DNA from: Mytilus trossulus
Taxonomy: Eukaryota
DNA length: 64,000 nt
Direction of reading: 5' to 3'
Assembly (NCBI RefSeq): GCF_036588685.1
Contig: NC_086382.1
Coordinates: forward strand, 48,360,001-48,424,000
How positions within the stretch are numbered: the first letter of the stretch is position 1; every line of letters begins with the position of its first letter. This document shows, piece by piece, positions 1 through 13,600 of the stretch. A program made the translations under genes and the position numbers. Below the pieces are notes generated by a model. The model did not search any database, was not told the DNA's origin, and saw only the letters and a list, made by a program, of their open reading frames with translations.

Positions 1-714
1 TTTAAAATATTTTGTATATAATATATATTTGATTAAATAAGTGTCCCATTGACGTACACTTTTGGTCTTCAGCCTTTTACATCTTACCGGATTAACTGGT
101 TTGTAATTGGTTTAAGATATTTGTATAAATGTTACTTTTAATTGTCAACAAATTTGCTCGTGGCGAACAAACCAAGATCATTTGAGTTTTTTCCTCTAGA
201 AAACGGGGAGGAGTGTTGTGCCGTTGGATGATTGATACACCGCTTAAGCGGTTCTCCCATATAGGAGGAATAAGCCATATCCTGTGACAGATCGATGTGT
301 GTAACAGCGCACCTCAATAACAAATTACAATGTACGAACAAACTGTAACAATTAGCCTAAAAGTTGGAAATGTCAGATTCATGAATTAGCACAAAGCATA
401 AAATAAAACAAAAAGCCCACAAAACACAACAAAGCCACCATACAAAACATAGCCACCAATAAGTAACTGCAGTATCTAAAAGCTTGTTAAAAACTCAATA
501 AAAAAAATTGTGGTCTGGCATTCCAACATCGAAATTATCGGGGATGTTAAAAAAAAAAGGAAATGACAGACAGATGAATACATGACGTGCGCTATGGGCT
601 TTCTCATTGTTCAAGATAGTACGGTGATATATATCTGTTAACGTCTATGGCGTTTGATCTCTAATGGGGATTTGTTGTAATTAGCAAATGTACCACATCT
701 CTTTAAAAAATTCA

Positions 715-1255
715 GGGTGTGGTTCGGCTTAGTTTTTTTTTAATTTGGTCCAAAGTTGGGGTCGGACACCCTACCCCACCCTTACGGAAATGTTAATAAA
801 AAATGTTCTATGGCAATACTTTTTTCGCCACTAGATGCAATATGAAACTGAATACCCAAGGTCTATTTGAGAAAAAATCCAAGGTGTGGTTCGGCTTAGT
901 TTTTTTTTTAATTTGGTCAAAAGTTGGGGTCTTACACCCTACCCCACCCTTACGGAAATGTTAATAAAACAATGTTATACGGCAATACTTTTTTCGCCAC
1001 TAGGTGCAATTGGAAGCTGAATACCCAAGGTCTACTTGATAAAAACCAGGGGTATGGCTTATTTTTTTTTAAAATTTGGTTCAAAGTTTGGGTTGGACAC
1101 TCTATTCCACCCTTACGGAAATGTTTATACAAAATGTTCTATGGCAATACTTTTTTCGCCTCTAGGTGCAATGTAAAGCTGAATAGCGAAGGTCTACTTG
1201 AGAAAAAATCCAGGGTGTTGTTCGACTGATATTTTTTTTTAAATTTGGTCAAAAG
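715..1255. repeat. Short satellite-like tandem array, ~163-168-bp unit, ~3.3 copies
   Basis: CTTACGGAAA recurs at 781, 949 and 1112, each within the same context (atggcaatacttttttcgcc, gaatacccaaggtcta). Confidence 0.9.
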
Positions 1256-1817
1256 TTTTTTTCCTTTTTTTTTTATAAGGTTACAAATACTTAAGTTATC
1301 TTGCCAACCATACTTTGCGTACAAAACTTAAACCTTCCGTCTAATCAAAAGTAAGCGATATTCGCTGCCTCAGAACAATAATAACTTTTCAGGATCATTG
1401 ATAGGATGACGAGAATATGGAAAGCCATTTGACACAATATCACAAAATTAATTTGTGATTTCAATGTCAATTCCCTGTTACACGCAATTTTGTAAGCATT
1501 TGAATAATTTTAATACATGTTTACCATTCAATGTACACTCAAAACAGTTGACTATAAAAATTAAAAGCTGGGAGCAGGCTGTTTTTGGTATATTGACATC
1601 GATCACTATTGTCTTAAATCAATGAACAGAACTAAATATCTTTAAATCATCGAATAGTTCTCCGATTGCTTTATTATATACTAAACACTAATAATACACT
1701 GGTTATATATCAATAAAAGCATTTTGAGTACGTTTGAATCTTAGGCAATTTTTTGGTTCATAGACATATCCGAAAAGTGGCTGATAGCTTGAGCCTTGTT
1801 AATCTATACAAAATCTG

Positions 1818-2108
1818 TCAATTTGGAACAGACTGTAGCATGAAAATAAGCCCTGTAACCCACTCTTTTCATAAATTTTTTAATGCATGATATAAACTAC
1901 ATTTTGGTAAATCATTAAAAAAAAATCTATGGATAATAATTTAGACACCCCATCTACCTTAACTTCTAAATGTGTTGATTTACTTACCAGGCTCAAGCTA
2001 GCATTTTTTAATAATTTGCCAAAATGTAGTTTATATCATGTTTTAAAACAAAATAATGAAAAGAGTGGGTTACAGGGCTTATTTTCATGATAGTCTGTTC
2101 AAAATTGA
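1818..2108. repeat. Fold-back inverted repeat (MITE-like), ~105-bp arms and ~80-bp spacer
   Basis: 1839-1872 (catgaaaataagccctgtaacccactcttttcat) is the exact reverse complement of 2056-2089; similarity extends over 1818-1925 and 2003-2108. Confidence 0.8.
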
Positions 2109-4732
2109 ACGGATGGTCCGGCGGACGCCCACTAACATGTTTAATCTTATCTCATTATTATGATTGCGCCTGTCCAAACTTCGGAGCCTGTCATTTAGTG
2201 TTTCTCGTTTGTTGCTGTGTTACTTTTTTTGTTTCGTTCATTTTTTTTTTTTTTTTTTTGCATAAAGTAAGCCATTTAGTTTTCTCGTTTGAATTGTTTA
2301 ACATATGTCAATTCGGGCCTTTTATAGCTGACTATGCGCTATGGGTTTTGCGTAATGTTGAAGCCGTACGGCGACACATACATTTGTATTTGGTTAATTT
2401 CTTGTTATTTGGTCTCTTGTAAATTGTTGTCTCATTAGAAGACTTGCTTCTATTCCCTTTCTTTTATTTATTTATTTCTTACTTTAATATTTATATGTTT
2501 ACTGATTGTCCTCTGCAGATGTCAGTATATTGGTAATCTCCTAGTTATAGCAGTAAAATTGTTAAAGGGTCAAAATTGAAAAAAAGGGACATGCAGCATG
2601 GCTATCTCATTGGCAATCCTTCCAAATCTGTTTTTTTTTTTATTAATATATATAAAGATATAAAATTTAAAAAAAAAACTAATCGGAAAACCACACGTAC
2701 TCTACTTGTTGGTTAAAGTTTATATTTGATGCTTCAAAACTCAAAACACAACAAAAAACTGAATAGAAACTTGAAAAATATATAATATATGATTAAATAA
2801 AATTGATATAACAAAAATTTTGAGTACAAAGTGCGACAGTAACCATGGTAACCATACGACACAAAAAAAATAATAACATTAAGCATATCATGTCAGCATA
2901 CGAAATTCACCTTCTGATTAAAAGACTGGCAATCATATCACATTTCTTCATTTGTATGTGGAGTCTGGTACTATACGTCTAAAACTAAAACGTCACAAAG
3001 TCTATCATGGTGTAATAAATGTAATTGAGACTATTCAAGATCTGCCAGCAACACTTAATATTAAGTACTATCTTAACACACTTTGGAAATTGTAATTCAT
3101 AAAACGCTCAGGGCATAAAATAACCTAAACACAACTAAAACCTTGTCTGAGAATGGAAAAACAATAGTAATTGTAAAAGCAATAATAAAAAAAAGGCATC
3201 GAGTTATAAATCACTTTTTATAAGTTGATGTAACAGTACATGTGTGAAACTTTATCACAGATAAAACCATCAAATTGCATCACTGTGATGTTTACTGATA
3301 AATAAGAGAGTGCATTATGATTATGTATACTGTTGTGTATGGTGATCATGTTCTTGATTTATAAGTGCAACAGTCTACGAACGTCTGTCATCACATATGA
3401 AGGTAATTAACGTGGGGTTTGATAGTCTTAAGGAAGTATAATTATTAAACTGACTCGGACCAGATATAATCTATTCCAGACGTTAATTTAAGGCGTATTG
3501 TAAAATAAAAATGTAATTTGTGGACTGGAGTGGTAAACTGGTTTAAAGAGTATTACTACCGAATACCAAAAAACGCTAACCGGTTAATCGGACCTTTTTA
3601 AAATTTTAATCAAATTGATATAAATGTGTACTGAAATCATTTGTAAATAATGTGAAATGATTGTATGAATAGAGTGGTACTTGATTAGACAGATCAATAG
3701 TTCAGTTTATTGATTAATCTTCTTAACCTTGAAAACATTTAAATTTCATTACTTAATAAGCACAAAGACAACTTGTCTGTCAACTCCATAAAACAAACAG
3801 ACAAACAATAGTATACATTACACAACAGAGAAAACTAAAGACTGGGGGCTCTCATGTGCTCCGGAAGGGTAAGTTGATTGATTGATTGATTGTTGGTTGC
3901 TTAACGTCCAGTGGCAAATATTTCATGCATATTCAGGACGAGAACAAGATCCTGCTCCATATGTGGCACGCGTCGTGTTCCTCATGTTACTCATGTTATT
4001 ACAAACCCGGTTGATAGTCTAATTCGGTAGATCACATTCATGAAAAGGGAAGGGGATTGTAGTTACGACGTAAGGAACATACATGTATCCGATATTATCT
4101 GTGAAACGGTTATTCCATAACAGTCAACCAACAAAAATATGGAATTCAATTAAACAAATCAGTACGACATTACCAGTATCAATTGATTTATCGTATACAG
4201 TTGTTTTCTTTAAAATCTTTAGATTACTAATAATTTACATATTAAATAACATTGCATTTCTTATAATGCACAGACACATTAGATAGTAAACTCCGATAGG
4301 AATCGAAAGTCACTGATTGTTATCCATGTTGTATATTGTCTGTCACAGTTTTTACACTATGCCAAAGCGATCTTTTTCATGTTGCATTCCAATCATAAAC
4401 ATCGAAGTCGTTTTCTAATTTTCTTATTACAAATAAATATTTTTTAGTTGTATAAACATAAATCGTTGCTTGATTGAAGTGTGCGGGTGTCAAAAATTCA
4501 AGGATTTTGAGATATGAACTGGATATTTATTGAATTAAACAAGAAAGTTAACAGAAGCACGTGAGATGCTAGAAAGAATGTGATTGTTCTATTTTCACTT
4601 TCGGATAATCAGAGGATGCATTCTTGAAATTTGTAGGTTTGTAGTGAGAGAATCAGTAATTAGTCTACATTAAGTGTGTATAATACAAAAACAATAAATC
4701 GAAATGCATAATTACGGCTCAATAATATCAAA

Positions 4733-7700
4733 ATGGGCCAAAATGTGGTGAAACGTGAAGTTAAAAAAGGTTTAGAACTTTATGAATTACGGAAACTAGA
4801 AAGTGCAATCGATGAATGGAATAAAGCTTTACACAGACTGAATGGAACTGGAGATAATCCTACTAAATTCGTCATTCTAGGGCATGTTTGTTGTGCTTAT
4901 TTTGATATGGGAAAGTATAGGTGTATAATAACGTATGCAAGGAAACAACTTGAAGTTGCAGAAACAATAGAACAGGAAACGGAAGCCTGTTTAAATTTAT
5001 CTAGAGCATACGAACGTTTAGGCGAGTATAGTATAGCGGAGGAGTACTGCAAAAAATGTCTCAGTCGTGACAGAAAGGACTCCAAGTGGGTCAAATATGC
5101 GTTTTTATTATACGGCAGACTTTATTTTAAACAGTGCCAATTTTACAAAGGACTTAAGAATCTTGAAGAAGCTAAAGCTTTTGAAAAATTGAGTAATGAT
5201 ATTGCATTTAGGATACTTGTAAATATATCATATGGGCAGTTTTACACATTTGTTAACGATATGGAGACAGGGTGTATGTATATACTTAAATGCATTGAAA
5301 TTTTAGAAACAAATACAGATTCATACATTACTAAGAAATTTCATAAAAGTATACAATTGGAACTTGCAAAGATTCATTTAGAAAATTCACGATTGAACGA
5401 AGCATTAGACACATGTGAGGTTAGTATTTTGTACTGAGTAGCTTATATTTTCTTTCATATACCTATGTGTTTCAAATGTCATCCCCCCAAAAAAAACAAA
5501 TCAAATGGTAGCACTTTACCCTCGCAGAAAAATAACGTCTTGTGTCTATTAATTAGCACTTTTTACATGTTCTGAATGCATTAAAGACAATTTATAAGCT
5601 CAGTGTATAAGTAGCTTTGATGTAAAGAAGCTGACTCAGTAAATTGAAGTACAAAGACCAGAAAGTGTTATGTAGAATTGATTTAAATAACACAAATTTC
5701 TGGCATTCTTTCATTCACATCTTGTGGTTAATTTCACCTGCTGGCAGAAATCGTTGCATGAAATTATCCTTGACAGACGATCGATGCTAACATTTACTAT
5801 AGTCATTCTGCCTTTTCTCATTTAGAACAAAAGTGTTAATTGTGCAATGTGGACATGTATTCTGTTTGTCATTAATAGTTGTTATAATTACGTAATTATG
5901 TGTTCAACGTAGAATATCTACTTATCAACAAATGCACTCAGTTTACTTTCATATGAAACTTTTAAGATATAGTTGTTAGTAGCCTTGTATATTATTGTTA
6001 TACGAAACAACGTTAAATTATGCATTTTCATAGAAATAACAGAAAATAGTGAGACGAAATACTTTGTTATTTTCCTAGTCCATTGTTATTCGAAAAAAAA
6101 CATGTTTTATTATTCAGATGATTTAATCCTCATAGTTGATGGAAATTAGCATGATTGCTAATTTTAAATTTGTTTATTTCTTTTCAAGTCTAGTTAATCT
6201 TTATCTGATGTAAATCGTTGTAAAGACTTTTAATTTACTCTGGAATATATCATGTTTTTAATTTACACTAAGAAGCATTGAAAAGAGTGATGAAAGATAC
6301 ATACATGCATGTAAAAGACACTATGTAAAAAAACTCGAAGTCGAAACTGAATAGACAACACAATGGCTAAAAAGAAAATAACCAAAAGACGAACAATAGT
6401 ACACAAAACACAACGCTTAAAACTAAAGATTCAATAATTGGGGGTGAGGGTGGTGAAATTCGTTCAACAATTTAGCCTTATCAAATGTTTAATAGCTTAA
6501 TGAGTAAAAAAGAAGATGTGGTATGATTGCCAATGAGTCAACTGTCTACAAAAGACAAAATGACACAGACTTTAAAACAACTATAGGTCACCGTACGGCC
6601 TTCAACAATGAGCAAAGCCCATACCGCAAAGTCAGCTATAAAAGGCCCGATAAGACAATGTAAAACAATTCAAACAAGAAAACTAACGGTCTTATTTATA
6701 TATAAAAAAAATTAACGAAAAACAAATATGTAACACATAAACAAACGACAACCACTGAATTACAGGATCCTGACTTGGGACAGACACATACATAAATAAT
6801 GTGGCGGAGTTAAACATGTTAGCGGGATTCCAACCCCCCTAACCTGGGACAGTTCAACGTAAGAACGAAGTTAGACAAAATGCAGGACATATAGATTTAA
6901 TGCCATCATAGTGGAAGTACATTTCTACATGTACTGAGTAAATGTCAAATGAACAAAAATAACTAGTTTCTGGCATCGATTTTCATATATGATGCATTGC
7001 AAATAAAATATTTCCCTAAAGTGTATTGTTTGCAGATTTCAAACACACTGCCTCTGGTTTATATTGTATATCATTGTCTGACATCTGGTGTTATAGAATG
7101 TGCATCACTGTATGTGTTGCATCTCGCAAAAGTTATTTACATATCATTATGTACATATGAATCAGTAGACAGTAGACATAAGCGGGAAGCTGGATAATTG
7201 AGGGCATTCTACTTTTGAAACTTAGCAGAAATAAATTGGTAGCGATAATTGAAACTTTAACCCGAAACTATGGAAAGCTATGACATTTTATGTTTATTGT
7301 CAAATATTACAGAAAATTATATATCTTTATACGCCTCCGTTATATTTTAGAATGTAATGAAGGACGCCATGGAAAGTCGAGATCGACAACTTCAGGGGGA
7401 ATGTCTGTATGTCTTTGCTGAAATCCACAGAAGAAGCAGAAGTTTTGAGGTACAAAAAATGTATACACATTTGATAATTTTTACATCAGTGAAGATGAGA
7501 CCAAAAATGACTTAGCCTACCCTATAATAAAGGACAAGGTTCACTTGCCAAAAACACAAACATTATCATAAAACATAAAAAAGGTCACAATTTTGTTCGT
7601 AAATGGGTCTTTTTCAAAAGCCCTTATACTATATAAATCAGTTTTTCATCATAAACTATCAAATTCTCGAAAGAAAGCCATTTTGGAAATTACTTTGCAC

Positions 7701-10700
7701 AAGAAGCAACGTATTGTTCTTTCGAAACAAAATTTAAAAAAAGCTTCATTTTGCTATCTCCATATTTATTACAATAAAAACGTGTTGTAAACTTTATCAG
7801 GAAAATACATGTACATTAATATACAGTAATAGATTCTATTTGTCTTTTTTAGAGAGCAAGTCCTAGATATGAATCAGCATATGCCATATTTACTGAAATA
7901 GGAGACAGATACGGTCTGATGCAAGTCTTATATGGAATGGCTAAAACAACGTGTCTTCAGCAAGATTTTGATCAGGTAAATATTCGTTTCTTCTTTAACA
8001 TGTGGTTGCTTGGTGTCTTCACTAAAACAAAACATAGCACATTGCATAGGCTACAACATATCGCATTTGAAGAACCGCACACATATTGATGTATTTCATA
8101 CACTTCAATGTACATGTCAATTCTTCAGATGATTTATGTGTACTTTGTCTACCAAATAGGTTTTTCTCATATTAAGATTGATTGATGAAAGCACATGCAC
8201 CAAATAATAGATATTGGTAAAATCTATTTATTGTGTATGTTTGTTCTATCAATATAATACAAAATCTTTGAATTCCTAATTGTTTTATATTTCAAGTTAC
8301 GGGCATATTTCAGTTGTCTTAGAGATATTTATATTCTGACTTTATTGATCTTTTAATTTTGTCACTTCATGCTATATAGCTTGATTTATGTATTTTCCAA
8401 GTGTTGTTTGGATTTTGCTCGCATAAATAGTCTTGATATTGTACATTAATCTCTACGGTTGTAATTGGACTTTTGTTTTAAAGAACCTTGGGTAGGTATG
8501 TTTTATCACTTTATCCAATCTATGGTAAAGTTTAGGAGGAAGATGTCTAATTTCAGTCTACAAGACCTTCTCTACCTGCTAGAACTCTTTAACTAATTGT
8601 CACAGCTACCACTTCCGTCTCTTTCGCTCTGACCGCATTTCTTCGGTATTCGACATTTATAGTTTTCAGTTTTTCTCATCCAGAGTCAGGTCTTTCTTAA
8701 TGATTGAATGATTGGAAATGCATGTTTTATGCATTATTAATTTGTTCATGTTATGCTTAAAAAAAATTAAAAAGATTGAACAGCTTGACCTTCTATATCG
8801 AGGGCACACATCAAGTGTATTGTTTGTTTTTCTTATTAACATCCATTGGCATATGTGTCATGCATAAACAAGTAAACACTGCGAAGTTAGTTGTATTGTG
8901 TTAATGGCTGGACATGTGCTGACACTAGAATAAAAGGGGGGGGCATTTGCAAAGATAACGCTTTTATAAGTAGAATAGTTTTCACTGTGGTTCTTAAAAC
9001 ACAACAATTTTAGTGACATTATAATAAATACACGATACTTGATATATTTATATTATGCAATATTTCAGTTCAGAAACACGTGCACTTACTGTTCAAAAAG
9101 AGTAAAATTATATTTTAATCGTGTACATGCATTACGAAAATGTTAAGGTAAATACAGATGCAGACGCTGCATTAGATGAAGACATTATGTCGTCGAACGA
9201 ACGATATATCAGTATAACAAGACTATAGCAAACAGCAGTTGTAAATTACCTAATCACATATCTCAATCAACTCCTCAGTATACAGTAATTAATCACTGCT
9301 ACCTTCTCCAATCTGACAGTGAAAAAAGTACAGTTATCAAATCATGCAACGGCATGTTTGCTGCATGTTAACTGTTTTAGTGGGTACAAATCGCAAGGGA
9401 AATATTGTAGAATTCTGAAATGCAATGTTTTTTAAAGTAGAAAAAGTATACAGTATACATGTATGTATGGAATTGAAATATGTGATATTCTTATCACCCG
9501 ACTTTCATATTTTATTGCAAAAGTAAAGACATTTTTATTACATTAAACAAAACCATCTGTTGTTTTCATATTATGTATATTGCAATATCGTCACTACCAA
9601 TTCTCACATTATTAGAATAAATCTGTTATTAATGCATTATGAATATGGGACACTCCTTAATTCGGAGGTTGGTTAGCTGGGGTTTTCATTAAGAGTCGCA
9701 GCTTTCATGTTATCAACTCATTTGTAATGTTGTGAAGAGTTAATACACTGTTAGATTCACTTCTCGATTGAATAAGGAAAGTCAAATACGGTTCCCTGTC
9801 TGTGTATGTGTAAATGAGGGACGTTTGTTTTAATTTACTTCGTACATGTAGGTAGTATCCAAAGGAAAATTTCAAAATAACACTACACACATGCCCTTTC
9901 CTATGTGACTTCTCTTTTTTTAATTACCTTCTGATCAAATTGTGTAACATACTGAAGTTTTATATAGTTCTGAAAGAGTCGCTGGTTTTAAAGGAATATG
10001 TACACTTATAAGTAGAAAACAAACTAACAATGCCATGGTAAAACAGGAAAAAAACAAAAGAGACAAACAGTATACAAAAACAAAACATTGAAAACTAAAG
10101 ACTGAGCAACACGAACCCCACTAAAAACTCGGCATGGTCTCAAGTGATCCTGCTCTACATATGTCAACCATTCGTGTTGCATATGCAAGTACACATCCGA
10201 TGATTAGTCTTTTTCGATAGGTCAAATACGTACTATAAATACCTGCCACATTTATGACTTAAGAAAAAACAGTCAATTTTAAATGTTAACAGCTAGAGGA
10301 ATATTACTTTTTTAGGCCATTGATCTGTTTAAGAAGACTTTGGATGCAGCCCAGGAAATCGGAAATAAGGTAAGTTTATTCTAATGAAGGCTGAAAGTTC
10401 CAATTATTATTATAAACCTTTGATGAACATTTATTCTCTCTTCTTTTTGCTGTTAGTAATAACAGAAATTCTTTCATGTAAAACTTCAAATAGAAAGTTA
10501 CTTGTAAACGCACACTTTACAACAGTACAAACCTCTTCCCAAACATTTGATAGTCTCGTAAAGTAGCGTTCTTACAACGAGAACTGCATGAATTGGATTT
10601 TCTGTTTATGATACTGAGTAGAAGTAAAACCGTAAAACGTATAAACCTCTAAATACTTTGTTTAATGGAATATCAAGACTTCATTTCATTAGTTTATACT

Positions 10701-12632
10701 TCTGAAACTCACGGAATGGTCCTTGCTGCTTTTTATTAAAATGCATGTGTTTGTTCAATATTTAAATAATATGTGTTTACTTTTTCCAGATGTATGCAGT
10801 TAAATGTTGTGTGAACTTGATAGATTTGTGTGACACTGGGTCAGTCGAGTCTACACAATCGTATGAACAGTTGTTAGATGACCTACTAGAACAAATGGGA
10901 TTGTACTGTGGTGTCTGTAGCGAGGCTATAGGAAAAACAAAGGAACAATTAGACATGCTACCATGTTGCCATCTCATTCATACCAGGTACAATATTCCTT
11001 ATTCGTATTTTTTTGTGCATAATTATATGTTTCAGATCAGTTGATTGATTTGTATTGTTGTTTTAAGCGTTTACATATCAAAACTATATGCTCTTAAAAG
11101 CCCGTTTATGAGCATCTTCAATTTAAAATTAAAATTAAAATAATTCCCAAAAAGACAACTTTTTCCCAAAGAGTGCAGTCTCATTAGTAATTGTGCATGA
11201 ATACAAACTGAAAAACACTCATTTAAACAATTGTCTCGCCTAAACTGACTATATGTGCACATTTGAGGGTCTATTTATGTATCATCACTCATAAAATGGA
11301 GTCTTATTCTAAAGCAGGGTTTGCCTCATGAAAATGGCTCTGTAAATTAAAGTTTCATTTAAATTCACGGTTTATTTTACCCAATTTGATGAAAATGACG
11401 CATATTTTCACAATAAAAAAGGGTAGAGGTAGTTTTGAAAAAAGCCAACGATATAACTGAACATGATTGATTCATTAAAGTTATATATGGCATTTGAAAC
11501 ACGTTTTTTTTACAAGCTTTGCCTTTCTACAGAAATTATTAAAGCTGGAGCGAAAAAGTAGAGACAGCAAAGAAATCAGTCAGCAAAATAAGATCTATAA
11601 ATAAGGCAAAACATGAAACAGGAAGCTTAATATTAAAGTGTTGTCAAATCTTTAACTTTTCTCTAACCAGTTACTCGGACAATCGTTCGACCGATTAACC
11701 GGTTAAGCGGTTACCGTAGTTTAAGTTGATGTTTGAAGGCCTTATATATAGTACCCTACACATAGATATAAGAAGATGTGGTATAAGTGTCAATGTGACA
11801 ACCTTTCATCCAAGTCATACATTTACGTTTTTATAATCATTTTTTTTCTTAAAATGTCCTGTACTAAGTCAGGAATATGGCCACTGTTCTATTATAGTTC
11901 ATTTCTGTGTGTGTTACATTTTAAGGTTGTGTTTCTGTTGTGTCCTTTTTCTCCTTTTATATGTGATGCGCTTCCCTCAGTTAAATAGTTTGTAACCCGG
12001 ATTTTTTTTTTCTCAATCGATTTATGCGTTTCGAATAGCGGTATACTACTGTTGCCTTTATTATTCTCCTCCATACTGTAGAAATTCTCAAGTGGTACCA
12101 TTGGTCAAGAATAATGTATTCGGAATGGGCGTGACTTTAATCAACCGATAGATGGCGCAACATTGTTATAACAAATGTTGGCTTAATCTGCAAAGGGAAG
12201 AGAGGAGGAGAGTGTATCGTTACCCTTGGCTAGCGAAGATAGGGACAACGTGATTGATTCATTATAGTTATATATGGCATTTGGAACACTGTTTTTTTAA
12301 CAAGTTTTGCCTTTCTGCAGAAGTTATAAAAACTAGAGAGAAAAAGTAGAAACAGCAAAGAAATCAGTCAGCAAAATAAGATCTATAAATAAGGCAAAAA
12401 ATGAAACAGAAAAGTAAATATACCTACGTTACAGCTACTGTCGAGCAGCAAGAATCAATAATTGATCATATTGATATTGTTTATGCCTTTATTTACGAAA
12501 AAAAATCAGTTGTTTCTTTATTTATATTGTAGGTGTGCTTGCCATTTAGCTAGATACACTTGGGGAAGGAAGGAAAAAATGAGACCTTGTCCAACATGCA
12601 GGAAGCTGTCTTCATCAAATCCTATGTTGTGA
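4733..12632 (+). CDS. RAPSN: Rapsyn-like protein (43 kDa receptor-associated protein of the synapse), 419 aa; exons 4733-5419, 7351-7449, 7853-7975, 10316-10369, 10790-10986, 12533-12632
   Basis: MGQ myristoylation start and TPR repeats. Exon peptides DRQLQGECLYVFAEIHR, PRYESAYAIFTEIGDRYG and AQEIGNK match rapsyn. C-terminal RING-H2 reads CGVC..LPCCHLIHTRC..CPTC. All introns are GT-AG and phases join into an open 1260-nt CDS. Confidence 0.9.
6511..6870 (+). mobile_element. Copy of an abundant interspersed repeat (aagatgtggtatgattgccaatgagacaac family)
   Basis: Near-identical to 12918-13260 and, in reverse, 27900-28260; further fragments near 590-700, 2160-2440, 20060-20740, 29075-29225 and 46315-46540. 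Confidence 0.8.
11463..12415. repeat. ~165-bp direct repeat pair in rapsyn intron 5 (11463-11626 and 12251-12415)
   Basis: tgattgattcatta..gttatatatggcatttg..cagcaaagaaatcagtcagcaaaataagatctataaataaggcaaaa occurs twice, with other repeat fragments between the copies. Confidence 0.8.
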
Positions 12633-12917
12633 ATATTGTAAAGTGTTATACATCATAAAACGGTTGAAGTTTTAACCGTGGATGTTTGGGACCAAATGAT
12701 TTGATATCATTCCGGACGATCTTGATAAAAAGGAAAAGCGTGCAAAAAAATACGCTTATGTATTTTTAATATCGTAATCTGGCGTTTATTGTATTGTTTT
12801 TAAATCTGCAATAAAGTGTCCGATGTAACCATTATATATATACATGTTTTTGAAATAGTTTATACATGTGAATAAGCTAATTTTAAAAACTTACAATGAG
12901 TGTACAATATAAAAAAA

Positions 12918-13600
12918 AGATGTGGTATGATTGTCAATGAGACAACTGTCCACAAGACACCAAACTGACACAGACTTTAACAACTAAAGGTCACCGTACG
13001 GCCTTCAACAATGAGCAAAGCCCATACCGCATAGTCAGCTACAAAAGGCCCCGATATAACGAATGTAAAACAATTCAAACGAGAAAACAAACGGCCTTTT
13101 TTAAATAAAAAAAAATGAATGAAAAACAAATATGTAACACAAAAACAAACGACAACCACTGAATTACAGGCTCCTGACTTGGGACAGGCACATATATAAA
13201 TAATGCGGCGGGGTTAAACATGTTTACGGGATCCCAACACTCTTCCTAACCTGGGACAGTGGTGTAACAGTACAACATAAGAACAAACTATAAAAATCAG
13301 TTGAAAAAGGCTTAAGTCATCAGATGGACAAAAATACAAGTGGACGTGGCCGGGCACTTGTACATCCCGACAACATTAATCAATAGGAACAGATCTGAGA
13401 GTACTCGCAGTTATCTAATACATGTAGCTAGCTAACAACTAATAAAAAAAAATCATACATCTAAGACTAAACTATCAATCCGTACACATCCAACATCCAA
13501 TTGATTAAGGATAAAGACGTCATAAACAGTCAGAGAAAAACATGACCGTGTGCAATGCCAGTTTCAGGTATCGACAGATTGTAGATAACATGAATGTATA
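12918..13600 (+). mobile_element. Long copy of the abundant interspersed repeat; its recognisable homology runs up to the Ginger2-like element at 13601
   Basis: Matches 6511-6870 and 27690-28260 (reverse). Confidence 0.75.
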
